A DNA stretch of 64,000 nucleotides, taken from positions 1,997,706 to 2,061,705 of the forward strand of contig NC_068983.1 in the NCBI RefSeq assembly GCF_001194135.2, read 5' to 3'. Below are positions 12,300-25,400 of the stretch, piece after piece. The notes beneath the pieces were generated by a model, which was given only the letters and a program-made list of their open reading frames with translations, made no database searches and was not told the DNA's origin. The stretch is from Octopus bimaculoides. Lineage: Eukaryota. Within the stretch, counting starts at the first letter, position 1, and every line of letters begins with the position of its first letter. A program made the translations under genes and the position numbers.

Positions 12300-14620
12300 C
12301 TTTCAGATTTAGGGTTAAGTGAGATAAAAAGAGACATTGCAATGGAATTTATCAGACGAGAACTCACTGAAGAACAAATAGATAATCGAAGGAATAACAT
12401 GGAAAGTTATACAACATTGAGTGAAGTTCAAAACAATGATCACAATAACATCAGGAGACTGAATTTTGACAGAAGAAACATTAAGACAATATTTCAAAGC
12501 AGTGGAATCCGAGAAGAATTTGTAGAACAGATAATAATGAAGTGGGGACCACTAAATTTCAAGAACATGAATAGGAAAAATTGAGAGAAAATGCAACCAA
12601 TTGAAGAAAGTCTTAGGATGCGTAGAAACTACTGACTTTACTGAAACGAATAAACTACTGCTGAAAACTGCTGCCTGCGTAACTGCTAAGCATGTCGTTG
12701 GAATTTTAGAAAGTCAGACAAGAGATCAAAACGTAAATGGTGGTGGAGAAAAAGAATAGCTGAGAAGGACGCTGAATTGCGAAAGGATATGCGCATGTTA
12801 CAATTTGGAGCAACTATGAACCGCTGAACATTAGAATTAAAAATCAATTGGAAAGAAATATTTTTTAAAAAATATGCAGAAAAGTAACTGAAGTTGTCTT
12901 AGAAGAATTGCGAAGTGAAGAAAGCTGGCAAGATTTGGCGGAAGAAGAAAACAATTTATAGAGAATATGTGGAGGCGCAATGGCCCAGTGGTTAGGGGAG
13001 CTGACTCGCGGTTGTGGGATCGCGGTTTCGATACCAGGACCGGGCGTTGTGAGTGTTTATTAAGCGAAAACACCTAAAGATCCACAAGGCTCCGGCAGGG
13101 GATGGTGGCGAACCCTGCTGTACTATTTCACTACAACTTTCTCTCACTCTTTCTTCTTGTTTTTGTTGTACCTGTATTTCGAAGGGCCAACCTTGTCACA
13201 CACTGTGTCATGCTGAATCTCCCCAAGAATATTGTTAAGTTTACAAGTGTCTGTGGAGTGCTCTGCCATTTGCACGTTAATTCCACTAGCAGGCTGTTCC
13301 GTTGATCGGATTAACAGGAACCCTCGTCGTTGTAGCTGACGGAGTGCCACGATAGAGAATAGGATATCTCAGACAAATCAGAAAAAAAATTGTTCGAAGA
13401 AAGAGGTCCAAACAGTGACCTCAAAGAAAAAAAAAGATTTTCCGGTTTTCGGTCGAGATCTAGGATCGACAGGTTGTGCATAATGATGAAGCTAATTGGA
13501 TGAAGACAAGGTAAGAAATAAAAACAGAAAAGACATCACAATATCAAAGAAAGCAATGGAGAAACATGAAAAAAATGAAAAATTGAAAGTCATCAGACCC
13601 CGATGATTTGCAGAGATATTGGAATTAAAGTATTTATGCCTTTCCACTTGAGAATTGCAAATCAATTTGTTGGACTTCTGAATGGGGGTATCGTTCCACT
13701 GTGGTTGGCACATTTGTCGTGAAAGATGTGTAAAATACGCCATTGAAGTGGAAATCGATCGACCAATAACAAGTTTACCAATCATGAGTAAACTGTTGAC
13801 AGGAACCATAATTGACGAATTGCACAAACGTTTGGATTATGAAAGGATTATGAGCAGAAGGGTTGTTAATGCAGGTCATGGGGGTGCAAAAGATCAGGTG
13901 TTCGTAGACGTGATGAAACTAGGGAACCGCAGAATAGGTTTCGTCAGTGTAGGAACTTCATGGAAAATTATAAAAACGCATATTACATGCTGCCTCACTG
14001 CTGGATTGGGATATGTATGGATTTATTTGGAGTGGCGGAGAATGTTTAAGATTCGTAAAAAAGAAGTGTGACATCTCGGAAAGCGGAATTAACACCCGCA
14101 AGAGAGAATATTGGGGACAGTGAACATCAGAAGAGGAACATTCTAGAGAGATAGTCCCTTATCAGTCTTGTCTGTGCCGATATTAATACATTTGTCGCTA
14201 GTTTTGAGAGAAGTTAAAGCAGAATATAATTTGGGAATTTGAGTGCGAGATTTAAAGTTTTGAGGGGAAAATTAAGAGAACTTGACACGTTGGTGACAAC
14301 GGGCATGGCATCTAATATTAATAAGTATGTCATTTTGATACTGAAGAGGGGAAGGTAAAGCAGAGTCAAGGACTGAAACTTAGCAATTAATCAGGTAGTG
14401 AAGACTTTAGGAAAAAGGGAGGGATACACGTATTAGGGAATTTTGAAATTAGATACCATCAAAAACAGAGAAATGAAGGAAACTATTTCGAAGGAGAACT
14501 TCAGAAGAATCAAGTTGAAACAGAAATTTAAGTTAAATTCTAGAAACCTTGTAAAAGCAATAAATTCAAGGACTGTATCAGTTGTAATATAGGTGGCGGG
14601 ATTTGTAAATCCAAATAAAG
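12300..14620 (+). mobile_element. Old decayed R4/Dong LINE (N-terminus through RT), split by a SINE
   Basis: TTDFTETNKLL..WWRKRI; RPITSLPIMSKLLTG; GAKDQVFVD; MLPHCWI; GTVNIRRGTF.RDS; EMKETISKE.FRRIKL..KLNSRNLVKAINSR. Confidence 0.75.
12970..13350 (+). mobile_element. tRNA-derived SINE (second family)
   Basis: ggcgcaatggcccagtggttagg A-box, ggtttcgatacc B-box, and a tail gcaggctgttccgttgatcggattaacaggaaccctcgtcg. A related minus-strand copy lies at 37150-37455. Confidence 0.8.
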
Positions 14621-14694
14621 AGAAATTGCAAGATAACATCCATAAAAAATTCTGTTGTAAAGTGGTTGATGGTAAAATTATTCAACTACAAGAA

Positions 14695-14775
14695 CACAAC
14701 ACCAACAATTACAATAATAATAATGGTGATGATGATGAATGTGGTGGTGATGATGATGGTGACGACGACGAGGAC
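14695..14775. repeat. Mixed trinucleotide tract (AAC/AAT/GAT/GGT/GAC)
   Basis: Directly visible. Confidence 0.8.
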
Positions 14776-15145
14776 ATATCTCGTTAAATGATATCCACAT
14801 GGAAGATATTTGGCCTCGGCGCAATATTTTGATTAACCGCAACACGGAAACCTTCTTACTGGTGTCATGAAACTAAATGATTAGACCAAGATGCAATTCT
14901 AAGCTGTTCCTTTCAACCAGCTTACTTTAGTATTAAATGGAGTTGATGAGTGTTTTCGGAAAACATGTTTTACTTAATGTAACACTGGCAGAAATTAATG
15001 AAGGCAGAAGATAATGAATGCAAACTTTGAAACCAATAATCTCTCTGTCGTTTCCATCACGCTAACACAAGCTACCGGAAAATAAGCTGTCCGATACACC
15101 TTGTTTATAGTACATGATTAATAAAGTGTATTACAACCAAGTTTA

Positions 15146-15330
15146 AGGGCGCATGGCCAAGTGGTTACAGTGTTGCAATGACGGTCGCGAGATCGTGTGT
15201 TCAATTCCTGGACTGGGTAATGCGTTGGGTTTCTGGACAAAACTCCTCTTCTCACGTTACTCTGGGATCATTCCGACACATGATGTGTGGTACACCGTGA
15301 CACCTGTTCAGGTCACGGCGATTTGATGGA
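15146..15330 (+). mobile_element. tRNA-derived SINE 5' part
   Basis: ggcgcatggccaagtggttacag..gtgttcaattcctggactggg. Confidence 0.65.
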
Positions 15331-15369
15331 AGGAGTGATCTTAGAACAATGTTTTATTAACGTTTTTCG

Positions 15370-15535
15370 TCATTAGAATGCGGTCCAACTGGGGGTACCA
15401 CCTTGCATGGTTTAGTCAAAACAAATTGATCCTAATACTTATTTTTTTCCTAGTTTATTCTGTCAGTTGCTTTTTGTCGAGCACTGCACAGACATAAACA
15501 AACGAACTGTATTTTTCAATCGGTATTGAAGGACA

Positions 15536-15634
<99 letters not shown>

Positions 15635-15745
15635 TTTAGTTACCATCTACCAAATACACTCATAAGCTTTTGGACGGTCTAAGACTATAGTAGAAAGCAT
15701 TTCTTCAAGATACCACGCAGTGGGACTGAACCCAGGATTCTGTGT
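15370..15745 (-). mobile_element. Dominant-family SINE with an expanded (CA)n core (15537-15630)
   Basis: Reverse-strand ctgggttcagtcccactgcgtgg..tactatagtc..gtgtatttggtagatgg. Confidence 0.75.
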
Positions 15746-16089
15746 TTATGAAGGGGCAATATGTACGTGGAACATTTCAAACGATTTGCTACATCTTCAG
15801 GATTGGCAGTTATAACTCTCTTAGGTTATTAAAATTATTAGTATGCCATCATAATACATTAATAAGCTGATCGGCCAACTTTTGTTCTTGCAGATTGAAG
15901 AAGACGGATGCAACACCATTTTGAACACACCCTACCAAACACTGTTTTGTCAGAGCAGATTAGTTTGCAGAATGCAGTTGAGACGTTTGGAAGTACCCTT
16001 TGCAATAATTTGTTTGTTTTTTTTTAATGTGGAACTGCCTAAACTGGGCACAAACGTTATAGAAGCTTAAGAAATGCTCGAGATTGCTT

Positions 16090-16661
16090 ATGGATGAAAT
16101 TTATCGCTGACACAAGACATTCAGGGACGGTAGAGAGGAGGTGAGAGACGATGAAATGTATAGGAGGGAGAGAGACGTCAAAACATCAGAACTGGTTGAG
16201 AAAATTCACAATTTTCTGAACAATAACAGTTATTCGTCCTCAAAGACAATAAACATCCATTCATGTGTTGGTGTAACAACAGAGAATTATTCATGGACGG
16301 AACCTGATCTAAATTTCTGCAAACTTTTTCCCATGTCACTCAGTGACAAGCATCCTAGTTACTACTTGGCAGAGATGAGCATAAAAACTGCCTCACACTC
16401 CCTGCAGTTCAGAGTTCGCTACTAATCACCTTTCGTTGTTCCCCAAGCTGAAAGAGTATCTCAAGGACAGTTAGTTTGAAGATCAAGGTGGCTGTGACGA
16501 GGGTTCTGGACGCCTTCGATTTAAGGGACTTCCATAGAATCTTCACAAACTAGCTGGAGAGTTGCAATAAGTACATTAAAATCAGAACATCCTACTTTGA
16601 AGGGAATTAGAATTTTGTACTTCTCCCAAAAATATCTCAAACTTCTGGAATGTACTTTGTA
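16090..16661 (+). mobile_element. Internally deleted mariner remnant
   Basis: IYR.HKTFRDGREEVRDDE..KTSELVEKI (HTH), then LFPKLKEYLK..CNKYIKIR..YFEG. Right end aaacttctggaatgtactttgta. Same family as 62950-63370. Confidence 0.7.
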
Positions 16662-18569
16662 TTAAAATTCTTACTTTAGTATCTGTTCTTTTCCTAAACA
16701 TAGGGAATTCACAGAACTAAAGAGAAAAAAACCCCAAAGCTATGACAGCATTTAGAACACATTAGCGACTTCCCGACATAGAGAGAATATATTTACTATA
16801 AATAAGTATGTAGGTTGTGCTGTTGCATTAACAGATGGTTAGGAGAAAATATAGCCATGAGGACTAAAAAAATATGTCAAGTAAAAACAATAGGATATTA
16901 ATATGAATCTTTACAAAACACGCAGAAAAATCTTTTATGTCGTCAAGGAAACCAACAAATATCAATGAGAAGCTGAATTAAACATATCTCTGCTTTTTTT
17001 TCTTTGTTTTTTTTTCTTATCTTTTTTTTTTTTGGTAGGCGGTTGAGGTTGGAAAATTAACGATAAAAGTAATATGAAAAATAAAATTATACTAAAAATG
17101 CAATTACAAAAGGTTGCGTTAATTTGTGGAAAAGACAATTCATGACTAATATCTGCCAAAGAGAATTGGATAAACAAAATGTGATAAGAATGAAGGTGAG
17201 TATCACGAAGCAACATTGAAATTTGAAGACTTTTTATGATAAGCCTTCCACCAGAAAGTACCAAATAGGTATACTGGGACAGATTATAGTCTGGTTGACA
17301 GTTTTCCCTCTTTTCACAAACATATGGCAACATTTATCCTGACCAAACTCGTTTGAGTTGGTCAAATTCTTTTGAGGATGGTGTTACCAGGTCAAGGATC
17401 TTTTTCGTCTCATGCATAACCCTGAGCTTTCACGTCCTGGAAGTGATTGCAATATTATGGCCCATGAACAGAAAAGTATCGTTGCGAAGCATACAGCAGA
17501 CAGGCGTCTAAGAGGGTGACGAAGTGAAGCTACTTTTGAATCTGCCAGTTTATGTACACCTGGAGATTCTGGATGCTTTTCCAGGTAGCATCTTTAGAGA
17601 CCATCCTGAAAATTGTGATATTTTTATCAAAAGATCTATTCTAATAGGAAACAATATAGTTCTAAAACAAAATGGGAAATAAAACAACACCTGATCTACA
17701 GAGATTACATAAATGCACGATTATAATCACAAACAATCACTGCAGTGCTAAATACTTTGGAAACTATATAAAAGAGACGATAAGCGCAACTCAAACCTCA
17801 ACACATTCACTGTAAGAATCACTACGATAAACTGTTCTTTGTTTCCAATAGAATAGTGAAGAAACAAAACGCCGCACATGGAGCTGTGTGAAGATCTCTA
17901 TAGAAATCCTGCAATATATTAAAACAATATATTGAATCGATATATCAAAATAAGGTAAATAACAATGGAAGAATTTAGCAGCTCCAAAAATACAAAAAAG
18001 AAAAAAGTGTTGGGTATGTAAAACTGAAAAGATTGGGAAGACAAACCGTGCAATATTAGTTAAAGCGAAAATGAATATCTCGGAAAAGTGTCTGCTAATA
18101 AGAAAGCTTTTATTTTGTTTTTGAAATATCTGACGGATTATTTAGAAAACCTGTAATTATATGGAACAAAATATATTATTGAAATGAACAATTACTGATT
18201 TATCGAGAATGTTGTGTTTATTTTTGACAGATTTGATTTGAATTGTATTTCGTGTTGTGTATTGAATTCATATTACCTCCAGTGTCTCACCGATTCCCTT
18301 AACAGAGGAACTAGGAACTACTAAAATTGGAATTGTTTCAAAATGTTCCACTGTTGAACACATGGATATTGAGAGTTAAAAAAGAAACATTCCAAGCACA
18401 TATGATACCAAGATTTTTTATGATAACACTATTCTCAAAGTGTTTGTAAACAAAAGGTAAACACAGGATTAATTCTGTATGAAGGCTTATCCCGATTAAA
18501 CCAATATGTCTTTCCTGATATACAACTAAATGCGATTTGTAAGAGACAGATGAGTGACAATCAGAGCCG

Positions 18570-18810
18570 AGTTGAATCATTAGAGTTTACCAGATCTGTG
18601 ATCACTGATTCAAATTGCCTCAAGTAAGACCAGGGAATGCGACTGAAAAAGACTTCTGGCATGGAAGGAATACCACCATTCACAAACAAGTAAATAGAAA
18701 GTATCAAAGAAGTGTAGGAATGAATATTTTGAAAGGCAGCCCCTAACTCTTGGCGTTTCATGAGAATGTTAAGTATATCTTGTGGCGTTTTCGCTTCAAT
18801 CGAAATAACT
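18570..18810 (-). mobile_element. Possible hAT transposase C-terminal (dimerisation domain) remnant
   Basis: KTPQDILNILMKRQELGAAFQNIH..LILSIYL..FFSR..YLRQFESVITDL loosely resembles the hAT FPN..L.I.L...ERSFS / DF.SVI.DF motifs. Confidence 0.4.
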
Positions 18811-19224
18811 GAAAGAAAGTAATACAACACAGAGATTCACCTTAGAAATAAACACGTGGGAAAGAGAGACGCAGAACTGGTGACACGTGACCTTATAGTC
18901 TAATAGAGATGAAGTTGCAGTAAACAACGAACAGACAATGCAAAACCCTACATTGAACGTAATAATAATTAGGAAATATAATTAGTGTCAACACGGATGA
19001 AGGAATATATCTAGTTAGAAAATATAATGGAAGAAACAAAGTAAGGAGTAAATAATTTTGCAATCAATCAAAGGCTACAAAATATCGTCAAAGAGAAAGA
19101 GAAATAGAGTAATCAAATGGTAATGAGACATCAGAAATAATTAGAAAGCAAATTACGGAGATATATAATGACATTAAACAAAGTAATATAAACCCTAGAA
19201 TTATCTGCAGTATTAATTCTTTTA

Positions 19225-19620
19225 TTTCTTTTACTTGTTTTAGTCATTTTAATGTGGCCATGCTGGAGCACCATCCCCGGGGCTTATTTTAAAACTTAGT
19301 ACTTATTCTATCGGTTCTTTTGCCGAAGCGCTATGTTACGAGGACGTAAGTACACCAACACCGGTTGACAAACGGTGATGGGGAGACAAGCACAAACACA
19401 AAGGCACAAAGGTACAAAGACACATACATGGATGAGGGAATTCTTTCAGTTTCCGTCTACGAAATCCACACACAAGGCTTTGGTCATACCGAGACTATAG
19501 TAGAAAACATTTGCTAAAGGTACCATGCAGTGGGACAGAACCCGGCATCATCCAGGTGCGGCGTTTTGTTTTTTACTTTTCTATTGCAAACGTTTTACCA
19601 CATAGCCACGCCTTCGCCTA
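19225..19620 (-). mobile_element. Dominant-family SINE, near full length
   Basis: Reverse complement of the family head, CORE and tail (ggtgctccagcatggccac..gactaaaacaagtaaaag). Confidence 0.85.
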
Positions 19621-19799
19621 TGGGGAGAAGATAAGGAAGTACACCAGATAAATGGAAATAAATTCTTCGTTTGAAGGAAATAATAATATTTAGAGGGAGA
19701 AAAACATGGTAAGAGAAATCTTATAAGAAACGTGTGGCCGAAAAACACAAATAAACCATCTCAAAAGAATATTCAGTTTTACTGGAAAAAGAACTGAAA

Positions 19800-20175
19800 A
19801 GATTTGGCTGTGTGGTACGAAGTTTGCTTCCCAACCACATGGTTCTGGGTTCAGTGCCTCTGTGTGGCACCTTGGGTAAATTTTGTCTACTATAGCCTTG
19901 GACAAAAACTCTTGTGAGTGGATTTGGTAGGTGGAAACAGAAAGAAGCCCGCCGTATATATGTATGTGTGTCTTTGTTTATCCCCTACGACCACTTGACA
20001 GCCGGTGTTAGTGTGTTTACGCTATTTTAACATAGTGATTCGGCAAAAGAGACCGATAGAATAAGTACCAGATTTAAAAAGAAAAAAATAGGTACTGGAG
20101 TTAATTCGTTCGGCTAAAAGTTGTTTAAGGCGGTGCCCCAGTATGGCTGCTGTTTTATGATTAAAACAAGTGAAA
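19800..20175 (+). mobile_element. Dominant-family SINE, near full length
   Basis: ggctgtgtggtacg..ctgggttcagt..caccttgggt..cggcaaaagagaccgatagaataagtac..ggtgccccagtatggctgc. Confidence 0.85.
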
Positions 20176-21642
20176 CTCATCACATGTACAACAGTCATGG
20201 ATGTTTGAAATATAAGCTTTATGAAATATATGTATCCCAAAAGTGAAACGATAAAGAGCAGCGTACTGCAAGGAGGATTCGATCCCACGTTCCGACAGGA
20301 TTCTTAGAAAAATGTTAATTTTCCAATGATGCACTTTGTATTGTCTTGATGCTCCACTATCGAGGTTACTGATCACGAATTCATGATTTTGGTAACAAAC
20401 TATCTACAACTTAATACAAATGACGCTAATCTCGTCAGTTACCTCTCTGCAACTGCGGTTGTGAAAGCACTTGATTCTCATTCCCGCTTCAATGTGTACG
20501 AGAAGTTTCAAGGCTTATTACCCAGGTATGTACATAGATTTGGCTGCTGTTTAAATAACATGCTTCCTTTGGAGGATGGTAACGCTCCTCCTGTGCAGCT
20601 CCTCTCCCTGCGACAGCGACTGCAGAGTCAACATCTTTCAGCCATTTTTCCTGTTAGTCTGTACATTGCTATTATGTTAAACTGTTACGTGCCAAATTTT
20701 GGCCTAATGCGTTTTTATAATATTTTTGCTTGCAATAGCCGGTTCTTTTGGTGAAACGATCGTATCTCCAGCTGCTGCAGACGCCAAAATATCAAAAATT
20801 GTGAAAGTGTTGGAAATGATTTTGCTATGGAATAGTGAAACTGTATTCTCGTTTTCTGATAAAGAATTGTTTTGCACTACGACATTTTTTTCATAACAGC
20901 AATGAACTGATGCAGTTACAAAAAACAATCCACTTTAGATATTACTACCTCCTCGTCATTGGTATAGAGTACACATTTTCGTTCTGGTACTTTAAAAATA
21001 TTAAAACTACTTTATTTTCCCAAGTGAATGAGATGCCCATTATTTCGTTGTGTGGGTAACAGACAAACATTTTCTATGCCCTCGCTTTTCTTCACGTGAT
21101 TGCCACTACTTCCATTGCCGCTGCCGCAGCATGGTATTGGAACGTTGTCAATATGGTAGTGGTTGTAGCTGCCTTCACCGTGAGGCGGACCCATCTGTTT
21201 GCTAAATCCGCAACATTTTCACCATGACAAACACATACGCACACAAACATATATTTAAAACGTCTTTCGCTGTAATGTTTCCTCATCACTGTTGGCATTT
21301 GTTATTCATTATTGATCCTCTTTAAAAATGAAGCTGTATCCTTTAATTTGCTGCTGTTCTATACACAACCGAGAAGGTAGCTTGCAGAACAGTCGTTATT
21401 TTAATCACCTGAAGAGACATCTAAATCGACGGATACTCCCAAACCAGTTGTGAAGTACACCACCCATGAGGGATTGATGCTAGATGGTTCGAAACAATTG
21501 TATTGATTAATAAGCATTCTAGTATATTCCATCTCTCTCATTAATCAAATACCCAACGAAAATTGTAGTGAACGTGCTTTACCAGTAAGCTACCAAATGT
21601 ATATCAGGTGATTTATTATCCACTACATATATATATATATAC

Positions 21643-21688
<46 letters not shown>

Positions 21689-22348
21689 TGTAAATCCAAA
21701 AAATAACAACAAAACTACAAAGGATTCCGCGGTACACGTGTTTCAAGCTTTACATGTGTATAATATAATATGTGTATAATTTACAATGTAAAGCTATCGT
21801 CAGTCGCAAAATTATTTCTCTCCCAGGAAATTATACCACCTCGGCGTTGAAGTAGGAAGAAAGGTGTGATGTAAGAGGTGAAGATCCTTTCGGTATTCTG
21901 TATAGTACTATACCTCGTATAATTCTCCACCCAGACATAATCTCTCCGGTCCTCCGAAAACCTTCCATACCTTGCCACGATTCAGTGTGTAGTATATATA
22001 TATATACATATATATACACACATATATATACACACCCACACACACACACACACTACTCTTCCGTTCTTTTTCAGCCTTTAAATTACCATTTTCCTCTCAG
22101 CTGTTAATGCTTCCAACCTGATGATGCCATCATTAGGATCCATATTTCTCAATAAAGAAATTTAAATGTGAAAATTTAAAAAGCAGCTTTATTGTTTCGT
22201 ACAGAACCATATCTCCATGAAATTTCCCAGCGAATATAAGAGATACTTTGTTGTTTGACAGAATAAATATCGTGTTTTTTTTTAATTGTTCGGTGACATT
22301 GAATATTCTGTAGTCTTCATAGGAATAGGCAAGAACAATGAGAAGCAC

Positions 22349-22349
22349 T

Positions 22350-22408
<59 letters not shown>
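22349..22408. repeat. (GTA)n microsatellite, about 20 units
   Basis: Directly visible; it produces the poly-T and poly-S pseudo-ORFs. Confidence 0.95.
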
Positions 22409-22409
<1 letters not shown>

Positions 22410-25400
22410 AGCAGAAGAACAGAAACAGACAAAAACAGCAAGAGCAAGAGAAACAAAAAAAAAAGTGATGTAAGAACTAAAGACAGCAAGACTAATGTAA
22501 TTTTATAGCAGAAAAAACCCCCGAAACTAGTCGAAATATATCAAAGCAAATTGTTATCTCGACACACAGTAATGAAGCAACAATATCAAAACCTTTTTGT
22601 CTTGTGTAAGTTTCTATATCGACCGAAATAATCTATTGTATAAATCGTTTTTTTCTACTAACGTACAAGGGAAGGGGTGACGTATGTAAACAGATAAGAA
22701 ATAGTATACACTACATAGGATTTGTACATATGCATACCAATTAAAAAAAGTAAAGTAACGTTTTTTGACATTAATCTGTCTGTGATATCTTTAGTTTCAA
22801 TCTTATACAAGCAAACGATTTAGCAAAGCCTACATAACATAAAACAAAAATGTTTAAATAACGGGAGAAGAGGCGATCAAACGTAAATAGGTTGCGATTA
22901 GAAAACAATAAAGCAAGTGATAAAATTTAAATATAAAACGTGGCGTTCAGATGACAAATGATTACGTAATGGAATGCCAAGAGGGTGAGAAAGTTTAGAT
23001 GGAAATAGATTGTCAAATATATGCAGATACATATATATACATTATATATATATATATATATATATATATAAGATTGATTGGTGTTATTTGTTGAATACAA
23101 GTAAAGATACGATATTTAATCCACAATGATCGCAGTCAGCAAACGAAAACAACACATGTAAACAAGAATACTCTAAGGCAATGGTGGAATTATTCTCAGT
23201 CTTTCGGTAAACATACCAGGAACCAATAAATCTTGATCTCATTCTAAATAACAGAACTCAAAAGCAATGCAAATAGCATGAACGTCTCAACAGCGCCGAA
23301 ATTATTGGTTAAAATCTATACGATGTCTGAAGATGTTACTGTTGTTATATGATAGGAAATTAGCAACAGAAGACTAACAACTCGGGCAAATAATATTAGA
23401 CAAATCATGTGAAAATGAACTTCAAGGGAGATGAGATTCTTTCTCGCTCTCCTCCCCCTCTCTCTCTCTCTGTTTTCCTCTTGAAATTATTGGCAATTAT
23501 GGCAGTAGCACAACAGAACGTATTTTACGAAAGGAATTTAAAACTGTCGATGAAATAATAAACCAATTCATTTTCCATGCAATTGTAAGAAGAGAAAGTC
23601 TTTAGAATGTAAGTAAATATCTCCACAATGCGAAAAAGTACATGAAAAAAACAAAAAAAAACAAAACAAAGGGGAAAATGATAAAGCTCAGTATTACCAG
23701 ATATAAACAAAGAAAACGAAAATATTTGAAGAAGAACATAAATATTTTTACGATATATATCGTTAAGGATGATAAATAAGTTGCAGTATGAGAGTTGAAA
23801 TTGGAAACTTTAACAAAAGCTTTAAGTTTGGAGTGAACAGATTGGTAAATAAATATTCTTAATTATAAGGAATCGTGCGAAAGAAATCTCTCCCAGAAAC
23901 ATTTCATATATGAATAAATAATTCGGATATACAGATAAAATATATTCACTATGATTATTAGAAATAGAGGAATATTTGGACAAGATTTAACGACACGTAA
24001 GGTTGTTTTTCTCAGCACATTCGACACAATAGAAATGCTTGATGCTGTAACAGATTCTAAACACACCGTAAGACTGCAGTATATCCGCTTTCATATAAAA
24101 ACAAAATGAGGAGAAGAGAATATCGTGTCTAAGAATTTAAAAAATGGAACAAAACGGAAATAATTTGTCTATTATCATTAAACTCTAAGAACTGCTATAG
24201 ATATTTTCAAAATTGCAAAATTCTACCAGCAGAGCATTGAACATATGTTAAATATAAATACACACTTATCGTTAACAAAAATGTTGGAAGAACAATTAAT
24301 TTAAGTGTCTCCTAATCGATTATAGAACATCTTTTTAATAGAATTCCGCCATTTTGTATGTTTGAAGCACTCATGATAAATAAAGTACATCTAAGTAGAA
24401 TGTTTCTGTCAATAAGCCACAAAAACGAAGTAAATCATGAGAAGAGTGAGAGGTGGGAGTTAGATATATTCAAAAGAAGACGTTTGTCTGCTGAATGTCA
24501 ATCGAATATGCTTCATTAGAGAGCAACTCAAAACATATAATGAACTTAAACTAATGAACCAAATTAGTTCGGTTTGGTTATTAACTTCATTCACTCAACA
24601 AAACCCCATCACCTGAAACCTCATTCAGTCCTCGTCTGGAAATGCAGTGAGGTCGAGAACAATGACAGTTTCCAAACAAAACCTGAAAGAAAGAATTACT
24701 AATCAACGCGTCCTCAATGACTTAGGGTCGTTCACCATCCCACCATCATAATTGAAACCATTCATGAATAAAGGAGAATGCGAATTCGTTCCATGGAGCA
24801 CATTTATTACAACCGGTCTCATATCAAAGCCAAAGCACACATTTTAGACAGAACATTTCAAATAAAGGATGACAGTGATGTGTATAAACAAAGACTTCGA
24901 ATATGCTGCAGGCATATTCAGACCCGTAAAAAATGCCATTCATTTGTATTTTATCTGCTACAGAGGAGGAAATAATCACACTGAAGTGCACACGTGCAAT
25001 AGCGTGGTTAGTGCGCGCAGTGAGCTGGTGCAGTACATTTGCACCTATTTGTCTACAGCAAGAAGTTTTCTTCATGACAAAATGTAGTAACTGGTTTCGA
25101 ATATGTCTCAAGAATCGTTCAAGGCTATCCTTGAATATTTCACTGGAAATCCTCTGTTACTATTCCAACATTTAGGATATAAACAAACAGACAATCAGGT
25201 ACTGGGTATGTGAGCATGGCAAAGATGATACGATATAATCTTCAACTCTTTCAATACACCTTTTGTTGTTTTCCTTTTCTCATTCATATTTTTTGGTTAT
25301 CTACAACATACTATTCTGTTTGACCTTTCACAGAATATTTTTCTATGTTATAATCACAAAAGCAAAACATATGTATATTATTTTTTTACGACAATCCTAT

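Noticed and set aside
12970-13045. tRNA-like sequences here and at 9190, 15146, 37400, 47438, 53700 and 57740
   Set aside because: They have A/B boxes but no complete cloverleaf and continue into SINE bodies, so they are not tRNA genes.
21780-21990. Faint Tc1-like peptide on the minus strand (FGG..IMSGWRII..)
   Set aside because: Similarity is too weak and no catalytic motif or TIR was found.
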